From the NCBI GenBank assembly GCA_963771465.1, contig CAVYTU010000014.1, positions 896,001-960,000 of the forward strand: 64,000 nt of DNA. The letters are read 5' to 3'. A model generated the notes under the pieces. That model made no database searches, had not been told where the DNA came from, and worked only from the letters and a program-made list of their open reading frames with translations. The position numbers and the translations under genes were made by a program. This DNA is from an uncultured delta proteobacterium. GTDB lineage: Bacteria > Desulfobacterota > Binatia > UBA9968. This document shows, piece after piece, positions 29,961 to 39,998 of this stretch. The stretch's first letter is position 1, and the number at the start of each line of letters is the position of its first letter.

Positions 29961-30649
29961 GGTTGTTTCAGTTCGGCAAAACGCACTTTGGGATGTGCGC
30001 GCAATACCGTGAGTGTCTCCCGAGTTCGCGCAGGGCCTTCGCGATCATCACCGACTAAAGCTACAATGTAGACGGCCATCGGGGTTGGCCCTGCCACAAT
30101 CGTGGCTCCCAGGCTGCTGAGCAATGTCCTGATTTCCCGCTCGGTTATATCGTCAGCAAAAACCACTTGAAGATGCACTCGACCCGGCTCCGGACCGCTA
30201 CCCGCGTCCGACAGTGTCCGATAAGGAGCGACCGAAGCCTGCCACATAATGGCTGCGGTTAGGAGGACAATCGCCGCGGTCTGTGCGGCCAATGCCCAAC
30301 GGAATGAGGACGGTGTCTCCTGGAAATGAAGCCGGATTTTTTCAATCCACTCGCGGACACGAATTCGCCAGTGCTCCGGAGCAGCCGAAATGCTTGCACG
30401 GTCGACGCGCTCCATTAGACGCGCAAGATGCTCCGGTGACGGCGTCCACGCAGCCTCTTTGGCGCTGCGGACTGCGGTGGCGATCGACTGACATCGCGTG
30501 ACCTCGTCCGCGCAGCTCTGACACCTCAGAATGTGGCGAGCGACAAATTGCTGTTCGTGACCTTCCAAAGTGCCGTTGACGTACCAGGGCAGGATCTCCC
30601 ACGCTTTTTGGTGCTGGTTCCCATCGGCTTCATCACTTGGGTCTCGCAT
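29957..30649 (-). CDS. Zinc-binding anti-sigma factor (zf-HC2)
   Basis: LPWYVNGTL...HILRCQSC (HxxxCxxC), one TM helix, YRTLS; start uncertain. Confidence 0.88.
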   Translation of the reverse strand: MRDPSDEADGNQHQKAWEILPWYVNGTLEGHEQQFVARHILRCQSCADEVTRCQSIATAVRSAKEAAWTPSPEHLARLMERVDRASISAAPEHWRIRVREWIEKIRLHFQETPSSFRWALAAQTAAIVLLTAAIMWQASVAPYRTLSDAGSGPEPGRVHLQVVFADDITEREIRTLLSSLGATIVAGPTPMAVYIVALVGDDREGPARTRETLTVLRAHPKVRFAELKQP

Positions 30650-30686
30650 ATTGTTTAGTTCCTTCTTCTGATCATGATCTTTTCGA

Positions 30687-31232
30687 CTAAACGGCGAAAA
30701 GTGAAGCCAGCCGTCGGCGGGCATACGACATTCGGGTTTTCACAGTATTCACAGGACATCCAACAATCTTTGCGATCTCTGCATAGGACAGGTCGTGATA
30801 GTAAGTTAGCTCCACAACCGCACCTTGCTCAGGAGGCAGGCTGTCAATGGCCCGCGCCACAGCGCCAGCCAACTCACGGTGGGCCAAGGAATCCTCAGGG
30901 CCAGTGGGCTCGACTCCGTAGGGCTCCGCCTCTCGGACCTCAGTATCGAACCTAGCAGACCGTGCCCGGGCCTTGAGCGCCTTGTTGTAAGCAATACCCA
31001 GTATCCAGGTTGAGAGTCGCGAGGTTCCGTTAAAGCGCGACGCGGTTTCCCAAACCACCATCATCACGTCATTCAGCGCTTCCTCAACACTTTCTCGCTG
31101 GCGGATTAATTTCCACAAGTAGCGGTAGACGACGGGCGAATAGCGGTGATAGAGAGTCTCGAACGCTTGGCGATCTCGTCTGACCACGCGCCGAATAAGT
31201 TCCAAGTCGTCCTCAGAGGCGGAGGGTTGCAT
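30687..31232 (-). CDS. ECF RNA polymerase sigma factor
   Basis: AFETLYHRY, STWILGIA.N, LSYAEIA....CPVNTVKTRM; start uncertain. Confidence 0.95.
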   Translation of the reverse strand: MQPSASEDDLELIRRVVRRDRQAFETLYHRYSPVVYRYLWKLIRQRESVEEALNDVMMVVWETASRFNGTSRLSTWILGIAYNKALKARARSARFDTEVREAEPYGVEPTGPEDSLAHRELAGAVARAIDSLPPEQGAVVELTYYHDLSYAEIAKIVGCPVNTVKTRMSYARRRLASLFAV

Positions 31233-31424
31233 GGGGGTCTCTCCATGCATGAGCTGGCCCACCGTGGGGCCATTCGCTCCTGCACGCACAGGGACCCTCA
31301 ATGTAGGGTAAAGGGGTTGCTCCAGCAAGTAAAAGATTCGTAGAGGGCCGTTATCTCGTCCAATGCAATGGATGGCCTCCTACTTTACCCCCTGTCTTAC
31401 TCGCTCGGTTTCCATGTCTAAGGC

Positions 31425-31455
31425 GTATATCCCGCGAACCGGCGCTTAGGTTCTA
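31425..31455 (-). promoter_or_regulatory. Putative autoregulatory ECF promoter
   Basis: TAGAACC-N15-GGGATATAC upstream of the ECF operon. Confidence 0.7.
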
Positions 31456-31583
31456 TATCAATATGAGAAATGTCTCTGGAACCAGAGTCCCCAAAACTAA
31501 AGTTGTGAATTTTCTTACGGAAATTAAAAGAAAATCCGAGCGAAAAGGGACGAGAAAAGAGGACGCGAACCTTTTTTCACTTC

Positions 31584-31753
31584 TTGAACGGTTGAAACAT
31601 GGAACCACTGGAACGAGTTCCCCTAGTTGAACCGCTGGAACGATGGGAACGACTGGAACTATTGGAACCAATCTTTAGTGAAACGTCTGGAACCAACATT
31701 TTTCAACGGCTTGAACGGAGCGCAGCGATTGAACGACTGGAACGGTTGGAACA
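31584..31753 (+). repeat. Largest 9-mer-period TGGAAC tandem array
   Basis: More than ten GAAC-core units, e.g. GCTGGAACG-ATGGGAACG-ACTGGAACT-ATTGGAACC. Confidence 0.85.
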
Positions 31754-31771
31754 AATGTTTTCGGGTCAGGC

Positions 31772-31925
31772 TGACCTGCGCACGATTTCACGGACAGTTA
31801 ATTAAGCGACACTCCAACGAACTTCTACTGCAGCGTGTTTGATAATTCAATGACTGATGCAGTCGTTTGCGATTGTAAAACAGTTCGATGTACTCAAAGA
31901 TTTCTGCTCGTGCCTCCGCTCGCGT
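31772..31925 (-). mobile_element. IS3-family right end remnant
   Basis: Terminal TGACCTGC...TTTCACGGACAG; minus strand encodes [27 protein letters not shown] (OrfB C-terminus). Confidence 0.85.
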
Positions 31926-31997
31926 CTCTTACGTCGCTGACCAATTTCCGAATTCATTGATCCCGCACTGTCTCTATGACTTTTGGCCGGTACTGAT

Positions 31998-33100
31998 CTA
32001 TCCCTTCGCTTGATGGTGAGAAATAGGCATACTCGGCATAACCATCGGCTTTGCGCGGTCCGCACCGACGCAGATGAGCTGATAACGATCAGCGCTCTCG
32101 CGCACCGGAACCCATAGTTTGTCCAGTTGCTCGTCTGTTAAGTCTAGTAAGTAGCTCCATTCCGCGGTTAATCTATTACGCCAACTGGGTCTGTATGCAG
32201 CCATACGAGCTTGCGAGAAACATGCATGTTCGTGGATGAATTTTTTGGCCATTTGTTTAGTGAATCCACCCTCCGCCACCGGACGAACTACGTCCGGCGG
32301 CATAAAGATGATCGTTTCCCAGATGCTGTCTGACCGCCATTGACTGAAAATGCTGTTGTAACCGAGCATGCGAAGCAAGCCTTCCGCCGTCGTATTGCCC
32401 TGATCAGCTACATCGACTTCTCCCTTGGTCCCAAAGACGGTCACAACACTATCGTTGCGCGGGTAGCCTTTCTCCTGGTGAAACGGTTCCCACGGCTTGG
32501 CTTCTTCGTTCTCACCCACACACGCGGTGAACTTATGGCGTACTGCCGATTGTATCCATGTCCATGGATCCCGGATACCAGTGGCCGATGTTTTTCAAAC
32601 AAAGCGTATATGCACGACCTATGGTTAGATCGACACGGTTCTGCCGGCCTGGGCCGATGGCAGCTTGTGCATTGATTCCGAGTTCCATGCGGATAGGCCC
32701 ATTTACCAACAACAAAGACGCGTGAGAGCTAGTTGACAGGAGGAAATTGCGGGCGGCTTTGGGGTCCACGTTGGAGAGCGCCTTGAGGGCTGCGAGAATC
32801 ACGGGCATATGCTCCGGCTCCGCCCCCGCCATTGCGGCATTAATTGCAACTTTTTCCACAGTAGCCAGGCCGAATCCAGGAGGAAGATCACATAGAACAT
32901 GATCTGGTCGTAGGCAAGTTCCGGTCAGCAACCGCTCCACCACTTCGACGGTTGGAGGCCGAAGGGGAAAGCCATCGCCCCAGTCCCGCTGAAAAACTCC
33001 CGGTTCGTTGCCTCAGCCGCTTCGAACGATGCTCCGGGAATGTTCTGTATCAGCAGTCGCTCAGGCTGCCTGGCTCCATGCCGTATGTGTCAGCTCTCGT
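31998..33100 (-). pseudogene. Frameshifted conserved hypothetical protein (DGxP..PPT / TVEKVAINAxMAG family, often linked to UGSC-type proteins)
   Basis: GDGFPLRPPT, ATVEKVAINAAMAG, VNGPIR, TIGRA and ENEE..PW motifs; frameshift at ~32535; no clear start. Confidence 0.7.
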
Positions 33101-33704
33101 CAAGCGGGTGCGATGGCGTTGTTCGTTTGTTCCTTAACGCGCTGCAGATCAAGATTTCGATAGATCCAGGGTACTACTACAAACTGCAACTCAGGCATCC
33201 CAAAGACACGTGCGCTGCCGATTGCATCATCTTCGAACCGACACCGAGACGATCGTCACGGCGGGCCGTCCCAATTTTTCCAACTCTACTGCGCCGTGGA
33301 TACTCCACGAGCAACACGAACCTCAAGCGGCGTTAGCGAGCATGACGGCATCGCATGACTCAGCGACCTCGCGGATCAGTCTTCCGAGAACGGGTGCTTA
33401 CCGGGAAAAAATCGTGTTCGCGAAGCTGGACTTCGCTCACATAGCAGCGCTGCAACGCAGCAATGCCAGGTCGCCATTTGCGTCCGGACCACAATAAACC
33501 CAAGGTTATTCCGTCTAAGCTCGCCGGGCGGGGGCTCACTGTTTGTGCTCTGAGATCGCTTGAAGTTCTGCGACTGAATTGAGGACCGAAGTAACGTCAC
33601 TTCAGGTTCTCCTTCATACGGGATTGGCGGAGGCTTACACTTAGCAACGCTAGCATTTAGAGTGTCAATCATCATAGACGGACAGTCATCCGGAAGATAT
33701 TTCG

Positions 33705-34829
33705 TCATTTGCTATCAGAAGCGGTCGGAAATCCGTAGGCTTCTACGATCTTTGGAATCCACTGTTCCATGCTGACGTTTTCTTCCCAGCTGACCACTGA
33801 CAGTTTTTTACCTCTGAGTTCCTGCTCCACGGCCGAGCCCTGAACATACAGGGAAGATGCCAATGGTTCATGTTGGTCGATGAGAGCTTGTGCCTCTCGC
33901 GACGCCACCCATTCCAGCCAAAGAAGAGCCGCGTGGGGATTGCGTGACGTGGAAGAATCGCGTGCTCGCCGCTTATCCGCACGGGCACCGTTTCCAAAAT
34001 GACGTATTGTATAATTCCCAGGGGATCACGGCACTGAAATCTTTGACGCTGTGGTAATTGGGGCCAAGGAAAAGTGGAACTCGCCGGATCAGCCGCAGGG
34101 GCGTGGTCGTGTTCCGCAGCTCTTCTGGTCCGCTGTGCAGCAGCTCACCACTGCTCGCGAATGGTAGACAATTGGGTGCCGATGCCGGCGACGGTGCAGC
34201 AATCTCTTGTGGATGGATATCTACTGCGAATTTTCTGTCTTTAAATACTGGTTTCAGAATATCCTCCCAGGTCTTTGGCACCTGGTCCGGCAAGGAACAA
34301 GAGTCTTATTGTAAGCAGTGACTTGAACACGACTTAGGATCGCCAGAATGTTTCGATGCCGCGGGTCGATCATTTTCGACGGGATGTTGAGTATGCCGGC
34401 CTCGGACATGCCTACCAGATGAAATCTTCTCAAGTGAGCTAAATATTCGCTGTATAAGACGGGATCCACGCGTGCGATGTCCCAGCCTGTCGCCACGCCG
34501 GATTTGATCTCCAATAAGGCGCGCTGATTCTGGTCAATCGTCCTAGTTGTGACCATCTCCTGGACGTCTATAAACGGATACTTCTTCTTGAAAGCTTCGG
34601 TCGTTGGTTTTATGGCCCCCACTAATGCCGTCATGATCCGAAGTTTACCCTCTTCTTTTGCCTTGCTCAGAATTTCATCCCGAGACTTGAGTACAGTGTA
34701 CCCGGTCGCCTCTGCTTGCACCGGCTCTCTTGGGCGAGACTCCGCGGATGCGCCGTATGCCTGAGAAAAAAGACAGCCGGCAAGCCAGAAAAGCCCGGAG
34801 CCAAGAAACAACCGGTTACGCTTCATCAT
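33705..34829 (-). pseudogene. Degraded solute-binding protein (same paralog family)
   Basis: Pieces in several frames (AKEEGKL, PKTWEDIL, IVEAYGFP); internal foreign segment at 34083-34198. Confidence 0.85.
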
Positions 34830-34964
34830 TCCGCTATTCTCGCTCTTAAATGAGTGCCATTTATGATCAACCCATCCTTCATAATCCAAAAGTGCTGCTA
34901 AACCACAATACCGCAACAAGCAAATCGAACGAGCCAGCTTCTATGGAGCCTTCAGGGGTCAAAT

Positions 34965-35245
34965 TGAGCTGCCCCGGGTTTCACGGACAGTTAATTAGGC
35001 GACACTCCATCGGGCTTGTAACTGCATTGGTGTTTGATAATTCAATGACTGATGCAGTCGTTTGCGATTGTAAAACATTCCAATGTATCTGAAAGATTTC
35101 TGCTCGTGCCTCGTCGCGAGTGTGATTGCCCCGGGTGGTGAATGATCTCGTTTTTCAGCGAACTGAAGAAGCTCTCCGCCGCATTGTCATAACAGTTTCC
35201 CTTGCCGCTCATAATACGCAGATTGCCGTACTGTTCGAGTGGATA
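34965..35245 (-). mobile_element. IS3-family right end remnant (longer copy)
   Basis: Terminus of the same type as 31772; MSGKGNCYDNAAESFFSSLKNE integrase-core motif. Confidence 0.9.
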
Positions 35246-35468
35246 ACGTGCGCCGCGACCGCCGCCAGCAATTACCGCGGGATCGGGACTGGCTCGGCGG
35301 GCGCGGCTTCGGCATAGTATAGGCATAGGATTCTGAACAAGCGGGCAGCGCATTCAGAAGCAACCGAATCTTACATTCACCTGATGGACGGTGGTTTCAT
35401 CATATGAACGGCCAATTCAAGATGGTTGTGAATATGGACACCATGACGTGATCGATTAGGGGGAATCC

Positions 35469-35984
35469 ATGGCCAAAAAAACTAGTGCTGGACTTTTGTT
35501 GTATCGTCGTTGTCCGGAGCTTGAGGTTTTTCTTGTCCATCCCGGTGGACCGTTTTGGACAAGGAAGGATGCTGGGGCATGGTCAATACCGAAGGGCGAA
35601 GTCGAGGATGGCGAGGACCCGCTTCAGGCCGCCAAGCGTGAGTTTACGGAAGAGACCGGTTTTACTATTTCTGGAGAGTTTCGTTCTCTCGATTCGCTAA
35701 AACAACCTAGCGGAAAAATAATCTATGCATGGGCGATTGAAGCTGACTACGACCCTGGGCAGATTCGCAGCAATTTATTCTCGCTGGAGTGGCCGCCCAA
35801 GTCCGGTAAAATGCAACAGTACCCAGAGGTCGATCGCGCGGCATGGTTCAACATCTCTGAAGCCAGGAATAAGATTTTGGCTGGTCAGGTCGGGTTCATC
35901 GAGCAACTCATCGCGGTTCTCGGGATAAATAGGTCGGAGTCGCAACTCTCGAAAACTGCAAGTTCTCAGGGGTCGCTCTTTTAG
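35469..35984 (+). CDS. NUDIX hydrolase, copy 1
   Basis: SAGLLLYR, HPGGPFW, Nudix box PKGE...AAKREFTEETG. Confidence 0.93.
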   Translation: MAKKTSAGLLLYRRCPELEVFLVHPGGPFWTRKDAGAWSIPKGEVEDGEDPLQAAKREFTEETGFTISGEFRSLDSLKQPSGKIIYAWAIEADYDPGQIRSNLFSLEWPPKSGKMQQYPEVDRAAWFNISEARNKILAGQVGFIEQLIAVLGINRSESQLSKTASSQGSLF

Positions 35985-36084
35985 ATCGTCCTAAGGCCAA
36001 ACGGGGCAAAGGTGGAAACCACTGGGCTCAGACTTCTATGACCCGACTACCTCGTCATTCGTGGTAAGACCGACGAAATCCAAA

Positions 36085-36206
36085 ATGTCAAAATCAAGAC
36101 CTGACCCCGACTGCGTGTTTGCAAAAATGTCAGAAGTAAAACTTTGACGTTTGATTTCTATCGATGATGTCAAGATTCAAGATTTGGCCCCGATCTTTTT
36201 GACCCG
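36085..36206. repeat. Cluster of REP-like arms
   Basis: ATGTCAAAATCAAGACCTGACCCC, ATGTCAGAAGTAAAACTTTGAC, ATGTCAAGATTCAAGATTTGGCCCC. Confidence 0.75.
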
Positions 36207-36346
36207 ATCGTTTCTGCTCTGCCTTGACACAAAGTTAAACGCGATGTTAGAGCTCAGCGGCAAAGGACGCTTCCATGCCGAACTATTTTCATTCTAACTT
36301 TGGCGGGTGAGCTCGAACGCCGTGGGAGAGTAAGATTAATCACTCT

Positions 36347-37357
36347 ATGCTGCCCGTACTCCTAGCCGTGATTGTAAGTGTGAGCGTGTCGCTCCACGGC
36401 CTTGACCGGGCATGGTCGCAGCCAACTGATGCGGCGGCGATTATCGAAGGCGCAAAGAAGGAAGGCGAGCTGGTCATCTACGGCACCACCGACCTGAGAC
36501 AGGCGACCATCCTCAACGATAAATTCCGTCAGAAATATCCCTTTATCGACGTCAAACTGAACCGTCTGACGACCGACAGTCTCTATCCCAGGTTGATCGC
36601 TGAGACGCGTTCCGGGAAATTCCTGAGCGACGTGTTACAGAACAACACTCTGGTCATGTATTTCCTCAAGCGAGGGAAGTTTTTGGCTCACTACCTTTCA
36701 ACCGAGGATCGCTATTATCCAAACGATTTCAAAGACCAAGGATATTGGATCACCAGCGGCACGAACATTCACGTCGTCGGCTACAACACCCGAGCCGTTA
36801 GCCGCGACAAGCTGCCAAAGCGATGGGAAGATCTGCTAACCCCTGCGTGGAAGGGGAAAATGCTGCTCAGCCCCCGAGAACAATGGTTCGCCTGGATATT
36901 ACAGATCATGGGTAAAGAAAATGGCCTCAATTATATGCGCGCACTGGCGAAACAAAGCCTGACGATACGTCGCGAGTCCAACGCGATGAGAGCTCAACTC
37001 ATTACCGCCGGTGAGGCCGACTTAGAGATTGACTCGACTTTAAGTGTCATAACTCCGTTGATGAAAAACAGCGCGCCGGTCAGCTGGACGACGCTGGGTC
37101 CTACCCTCGTGGTGCCGGTCGCGCACGCGCTGGCCGTGCGCGCGCCGCATCCCAACGCGGCAAAGCTCTTCATCGACTTCGTCCTCTCTAGAGAGGGACA
37201 ACGGATCGTTTTGGCGTCTGAACGAAACTCCGCCCGCGCCGATCTCGCCCAGGAGCAGGGCGCGTTGAAAGATGCCAAGTTGATCCCGCTCGATCCCTCT
37301 CAAGGCGATAACTTGGAATTCTACGCGCGCCAGGCTCACGAGATCTTTGGCAAGTAA
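36347..37357 (+). CDS. Extracellular solute-binding protein (Fe3+-type)
   Basis: GAKKEGELVIY, YNT, PKRWEDLL, APHPNAAKLFIDFVLS.EGQ. Confidence 0.9.
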   Translation: MLPVLLAVIVSVSVSLHGLDRAWSQPTDAAAIIEGAKKEGELVIYGTTDLRQATILNDKFRQKYPFIDVKLNRLTTDSLYPRLIAETRSGKFLSDVLQNNTLVMYFLKRGKFLAHYLSTEDRYYPNDFKDQGYWITSGTNIHVVGYNTRAVSRDKLPKRWEDLLTPAWKGKMLLSPREQWFAWILQIMGKENGLNYMRALAKQSLTIRRESNAMRAQLITAGEADLEIDSTLSVITPLMKNSAPVSWTTLGPTLVVPVAHALAVRAPHPNAAKLFIDFVLSREGQRIVLASERNSARADLAQEQGALKDAKLIPLDPSQGDNLEFYARQAHEIFGK

Positions 37358-37586
37358 GACGAAAGCCATCCGAGCCAAAGCCAATTTTCAAAGCCTAAAA
37401 TCGCCGCCGCATCCGCGCTCCGTTTCCAGCGGCGCGTCGCGGGGCACGATTCGATGTCGTGAGATCAGCGGCAGCAGCCGATCTAAGTGCTTCAATACTG
37501 ATCGTGCCGGCGTAGCCAATCCATCGAGAATTTGAAGCCGTCCTCATCGCGACCTTTGGGCACAAGGTCGAGGAATGGATAGGCAC

Positions 37587-37964
37587 TTATTTCTTGATGG
37601 CGAAGTCCGCCTGGTCGAAAATCTGTCGGATCTCAATCACGTCGCCTTCGTCGGCGGGGCACCGCTGCGCCCATTTCACCAGCTCTTCTTTTGAGTCGGC
37701 TTCCACCAGCCAATAACCGCCCAGCACTTCTTTCGACTCGATGTACGGCCCATCGGTCACCGTCGGTTTCCCTTTGCCGAACGAAACACGCGCGCCGGTG
37801 TTGAGTGGATGCAGGCCGTTCAGCGAGAGGATTTTGACGGCCTTGCCCAACTCCCCATTATAGCGGGCCATCTCTTCAAGTTTCTTTGGGTCGGGCACAA
37901 AGCCGGGGTCCATCTTCTTATTGCCTCTGTAAACATCGGGGATCATCAGCATCATGAATTGCAT
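37587..37964 (-). CDS. YciI/DGPF family protein
   Basis: GLHP...GARV, VTDGPYIESKEVLGGYW, IEIRQ; AAGGAG RBS. Confidence 0.92.
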   Translation of the reverse strand: MQFMMLMIPDVYRGNKKMDPGFVPDPKKLEEMARYNGELGKAVKILSLNGLHPLNTGARVSFGKGKPTVTDGPYIESKEVLGGYWLVEADSKEELVKWAQRCPADEGDVIEIRQIFDQADFAIKK

Positions 37965-38188
37965 AGGTCATCTCCTTGGTTTTTAATTTTGGTCCTGCAC
38001 CTTAGTCGTTTGGCAGCCCCCAAATTCGACACACATCCAAACATATTTTTTTGATCTCCTGGAGCCGCCGTTCCAAGTACCGCCGCTCAGGAGCGTAGCC
38101 AAGACAAAGGGTGTCGACCGCGAAGAAGATCTGCATGGTACATTGGTTTCATCATATGAACGGCTAGCGTAATCGATTAGGGGAATCT

Positions 38189-38653
38189 ATGGCCAAAAAA
38201 ACTAGTGCTGGACTTTTGTTGTATCGTCGTTGTCCGGAGCTTGAGGTTTTTCTTGTCCATCCCGGTGGACCGTTTTGGACAAGGAAGGATGCTGGGGCAT
38301 GGTCAATACCGAAGGGCGAAATCGAGGATGGCGAGGACCCGCTTCAGGCCGCCAAGCGTGAGTTTACGGAAGAGACCGGTTTTACTATTTCTGGAGAGTT
38401 TCGTTCTCTCGATTCGCTAAAACAACCTAGCGGAAAAATAATCTATGCATGGGCGATTGAAGCTGACTACGACCCTGGGCAGATTCGCAGCAATTTATTC
38501 TCGCTGGAGTGGCCGCCCAAGTCCGGTAAAATGCAACAGTACCCAGAGGTCGATCGCGCCGCATGGTTCAACATCTCTGAAGCCAGGAATAAGATTTTGG
38601 CTGGTCAGGTGCGGTTCATTGAGCAACTCATCGCGGTTCTCGGGATGAAATAG
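38189..38653 (+). CDS. NUDIX hydrolase, copy 2 (shorter C-terminus)
   Basis: Near-identical to 35469; a 1-nt insertion (GGGATGAAATAG) gives an earlier stop. Confidence 0.92.
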   Translation: MAKKTSAGLLLYRRCPELEVFLVHPGGPFWTRKDAGAWSIPKGEIEDGEDPLQAAKREFTEETGFTISGEFRSLDSLKQPSGKIIYAWAIEADYDPGQIRSNLFSLEWPPKSGKMQQYPEVDRAAWFNISEARNKILAGQVRFIEQLIAVLGMK

Positions 38654-38866
38654 GTCGGAGTCGCAACCCGCCAAAACTGCAAGTTTTCAAACGTTCCTCT
38701 TTTAGATCGTCCTAAGCCAACCGTGACAAAGTTGGAAACCACTCGGCCCAGACTTAATGATCCGACTACGTCGACAATTAGATTTGCGGCGGCAGGATGT
38801 TGACGGTGCATTGCCGGCTTGATACTCATCGGTGGATTTAAACTTTAGAAATTTGGAGGCTATTTC

Positions 38867-39910
38867 ATGCTTGACGGAAAACTTCGGATCGCTCCCATGT
38901 GTTATCACGTGCTGCATATGTTCCCTGTCATATCGGCGCACGAGATGAATTATTTTTACGATGAAGGTCTAAAGACCGCGGACGGCTCGCTCGCTTATGA
39001 GATTATTCGCGATCCCATGGTGCCGTTTGGCCTGGAGAAGTTGGGAATCTCGCAAGCCATGAAAGAGAAGTCGGTCGATATCGCTCTTGACGTCCAGTCT
39101 CGGACTATTTTCTTTCAACGGTCGCGCGGCGCGGACATCTACATCATCGCCGGCTGGCGCAACCAGCATACGTCGACCTGGGTTGGTCCGCCCCACATTA
39201 AGTCGCTCCAGGATCTAAAGGGAAAACGAGTCGGTATCAGCGATTTCAACAGCATCCGCCACTGGGGGATCCAGGTCCAGCTGCGCAAGGCCGGCCTCGA
39301 TATCGAGAAAGATGTCGAATGGGTGCGCTGCGGCGTATCGACGCGCGTCCTGGTAGAGGCGCTGCGCCAAGGCAGAGTTGAATGCGCTCCGGTATCCAGC
39401 GTGATAGCGGAAAACCTGAAGAAAGAAGGCTGCAATATCTTGGTTGTGCCGCAGGAGACATACCCGAACGGACGGCCGGAGCGTGTTATCGCCGCCACCG
39501 GACGCATACTTGAAGAGCGCCCCGATCTGGTCAAGAACTTTCTCAAAGGGCTCATTCGATCTTACTGGTTCGTGCGCGATATGCCGAAGAATTTCGAGTA
39601 CATTCACCAGCTCGATAAAAGGCTGCGGATACAAACTGCCGATCCGGAAGAGCGTATCCATGATCCCAATCGCTACACGACGGACGATTTGGAGTCGATG
39701 CCTTTCCCACTCGACGGCCTGGCCACGGGATTCGAAGATATGCTGCGCGAAGAGAAACTTATCGACGGCCTCGAGTATGACGTCCCGCCAATCAAGGACG
39801 TTTGCGCCCAGGACTTGGCGGAAGACGCCTACAAGGAATTGAGAGGCCGCAAGGAATTGGACGCTGAGTATCAGCGCGTGCAGGCCGTGGCGAAGCGTTG
39901 GGGCTACTGA
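38867..39910 (+). CDS. ABC substrate-binding protein-like (NMT1/SsuA fold), no evident signal peptide
   Basis: IKSLQDLKGKRVG, GLD.EKDV, EERPDLVKNFLKG; GGAGG RBS. Confidence 0.8.
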   Translation: MLDGKLRIAPMCYHVLHMFPVISAHEMNYFYDEGLKTADGSLAYEIIRDPMVPFGLEKLGISQAMKEKSVDIALDVQSRTIFFQRSRGADIYIIAGWRNQHTSTWVGPPHIKSLQDLKGKRVGISDFNSIRHWGIQVQLRKAGLDIEKDVEWVRCGVSTRVLVEALRQGRVECAPVSSVIAENLKKEGCNILVVPQETYPNGRPERVIAATGRILEERPDLVKNFLKGLIRSYWFVRDMPKNFEYIHQLDKRLRIQTADPEERIHDPNRYTTDDLESMPFPLDGLATGFEDMLREEKLIDGLEYDVPPIKDVCAQDLAEDAYKELRGRKELDAEYQRVQAVAKRWGY

Positions 39911-39935
39911 AACGGTTCGAAATGGCTGGAAATCA

Positions 39936-39974
39936 GGGGTCAGACTTTTACTTCTAGAGTCAAAGTCTGACCCC
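39936..39974. repeat. REP-like palindrome between convergent genes
   Basis: GGGGTCAGACTTT-N13-AAAGTCTGACCCC, a perfect 13-bp inverted repeat. Confidence 0.88.
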
Positions 39975-39998
39975 GAGTACTGTTCCGATTCGGTATTT

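Noticed and set aside
31584-31753. CRISPR array (also considered for the 37-bp repeats)
   Set aside because: There are no constant repeats separated by unique ~30-40 bp spacers, the 37-mers are more than 1 kb apart, and no cas genes are present.
31599-31842. LERLER / WNDWN repeat ORFs
   Set aside because: They are translations of the 9-mer DNA array, open in several frames, with no RBS.
33330-33480. Possible enzyme C-terminal scraps (nitrilase-like here, isomerase-like ~37480, ABC ATPase-like ~47500, CxxCxGxG ~51170)
   Set aside because: Similarity covers only a few residues and cannot be supported without a search.
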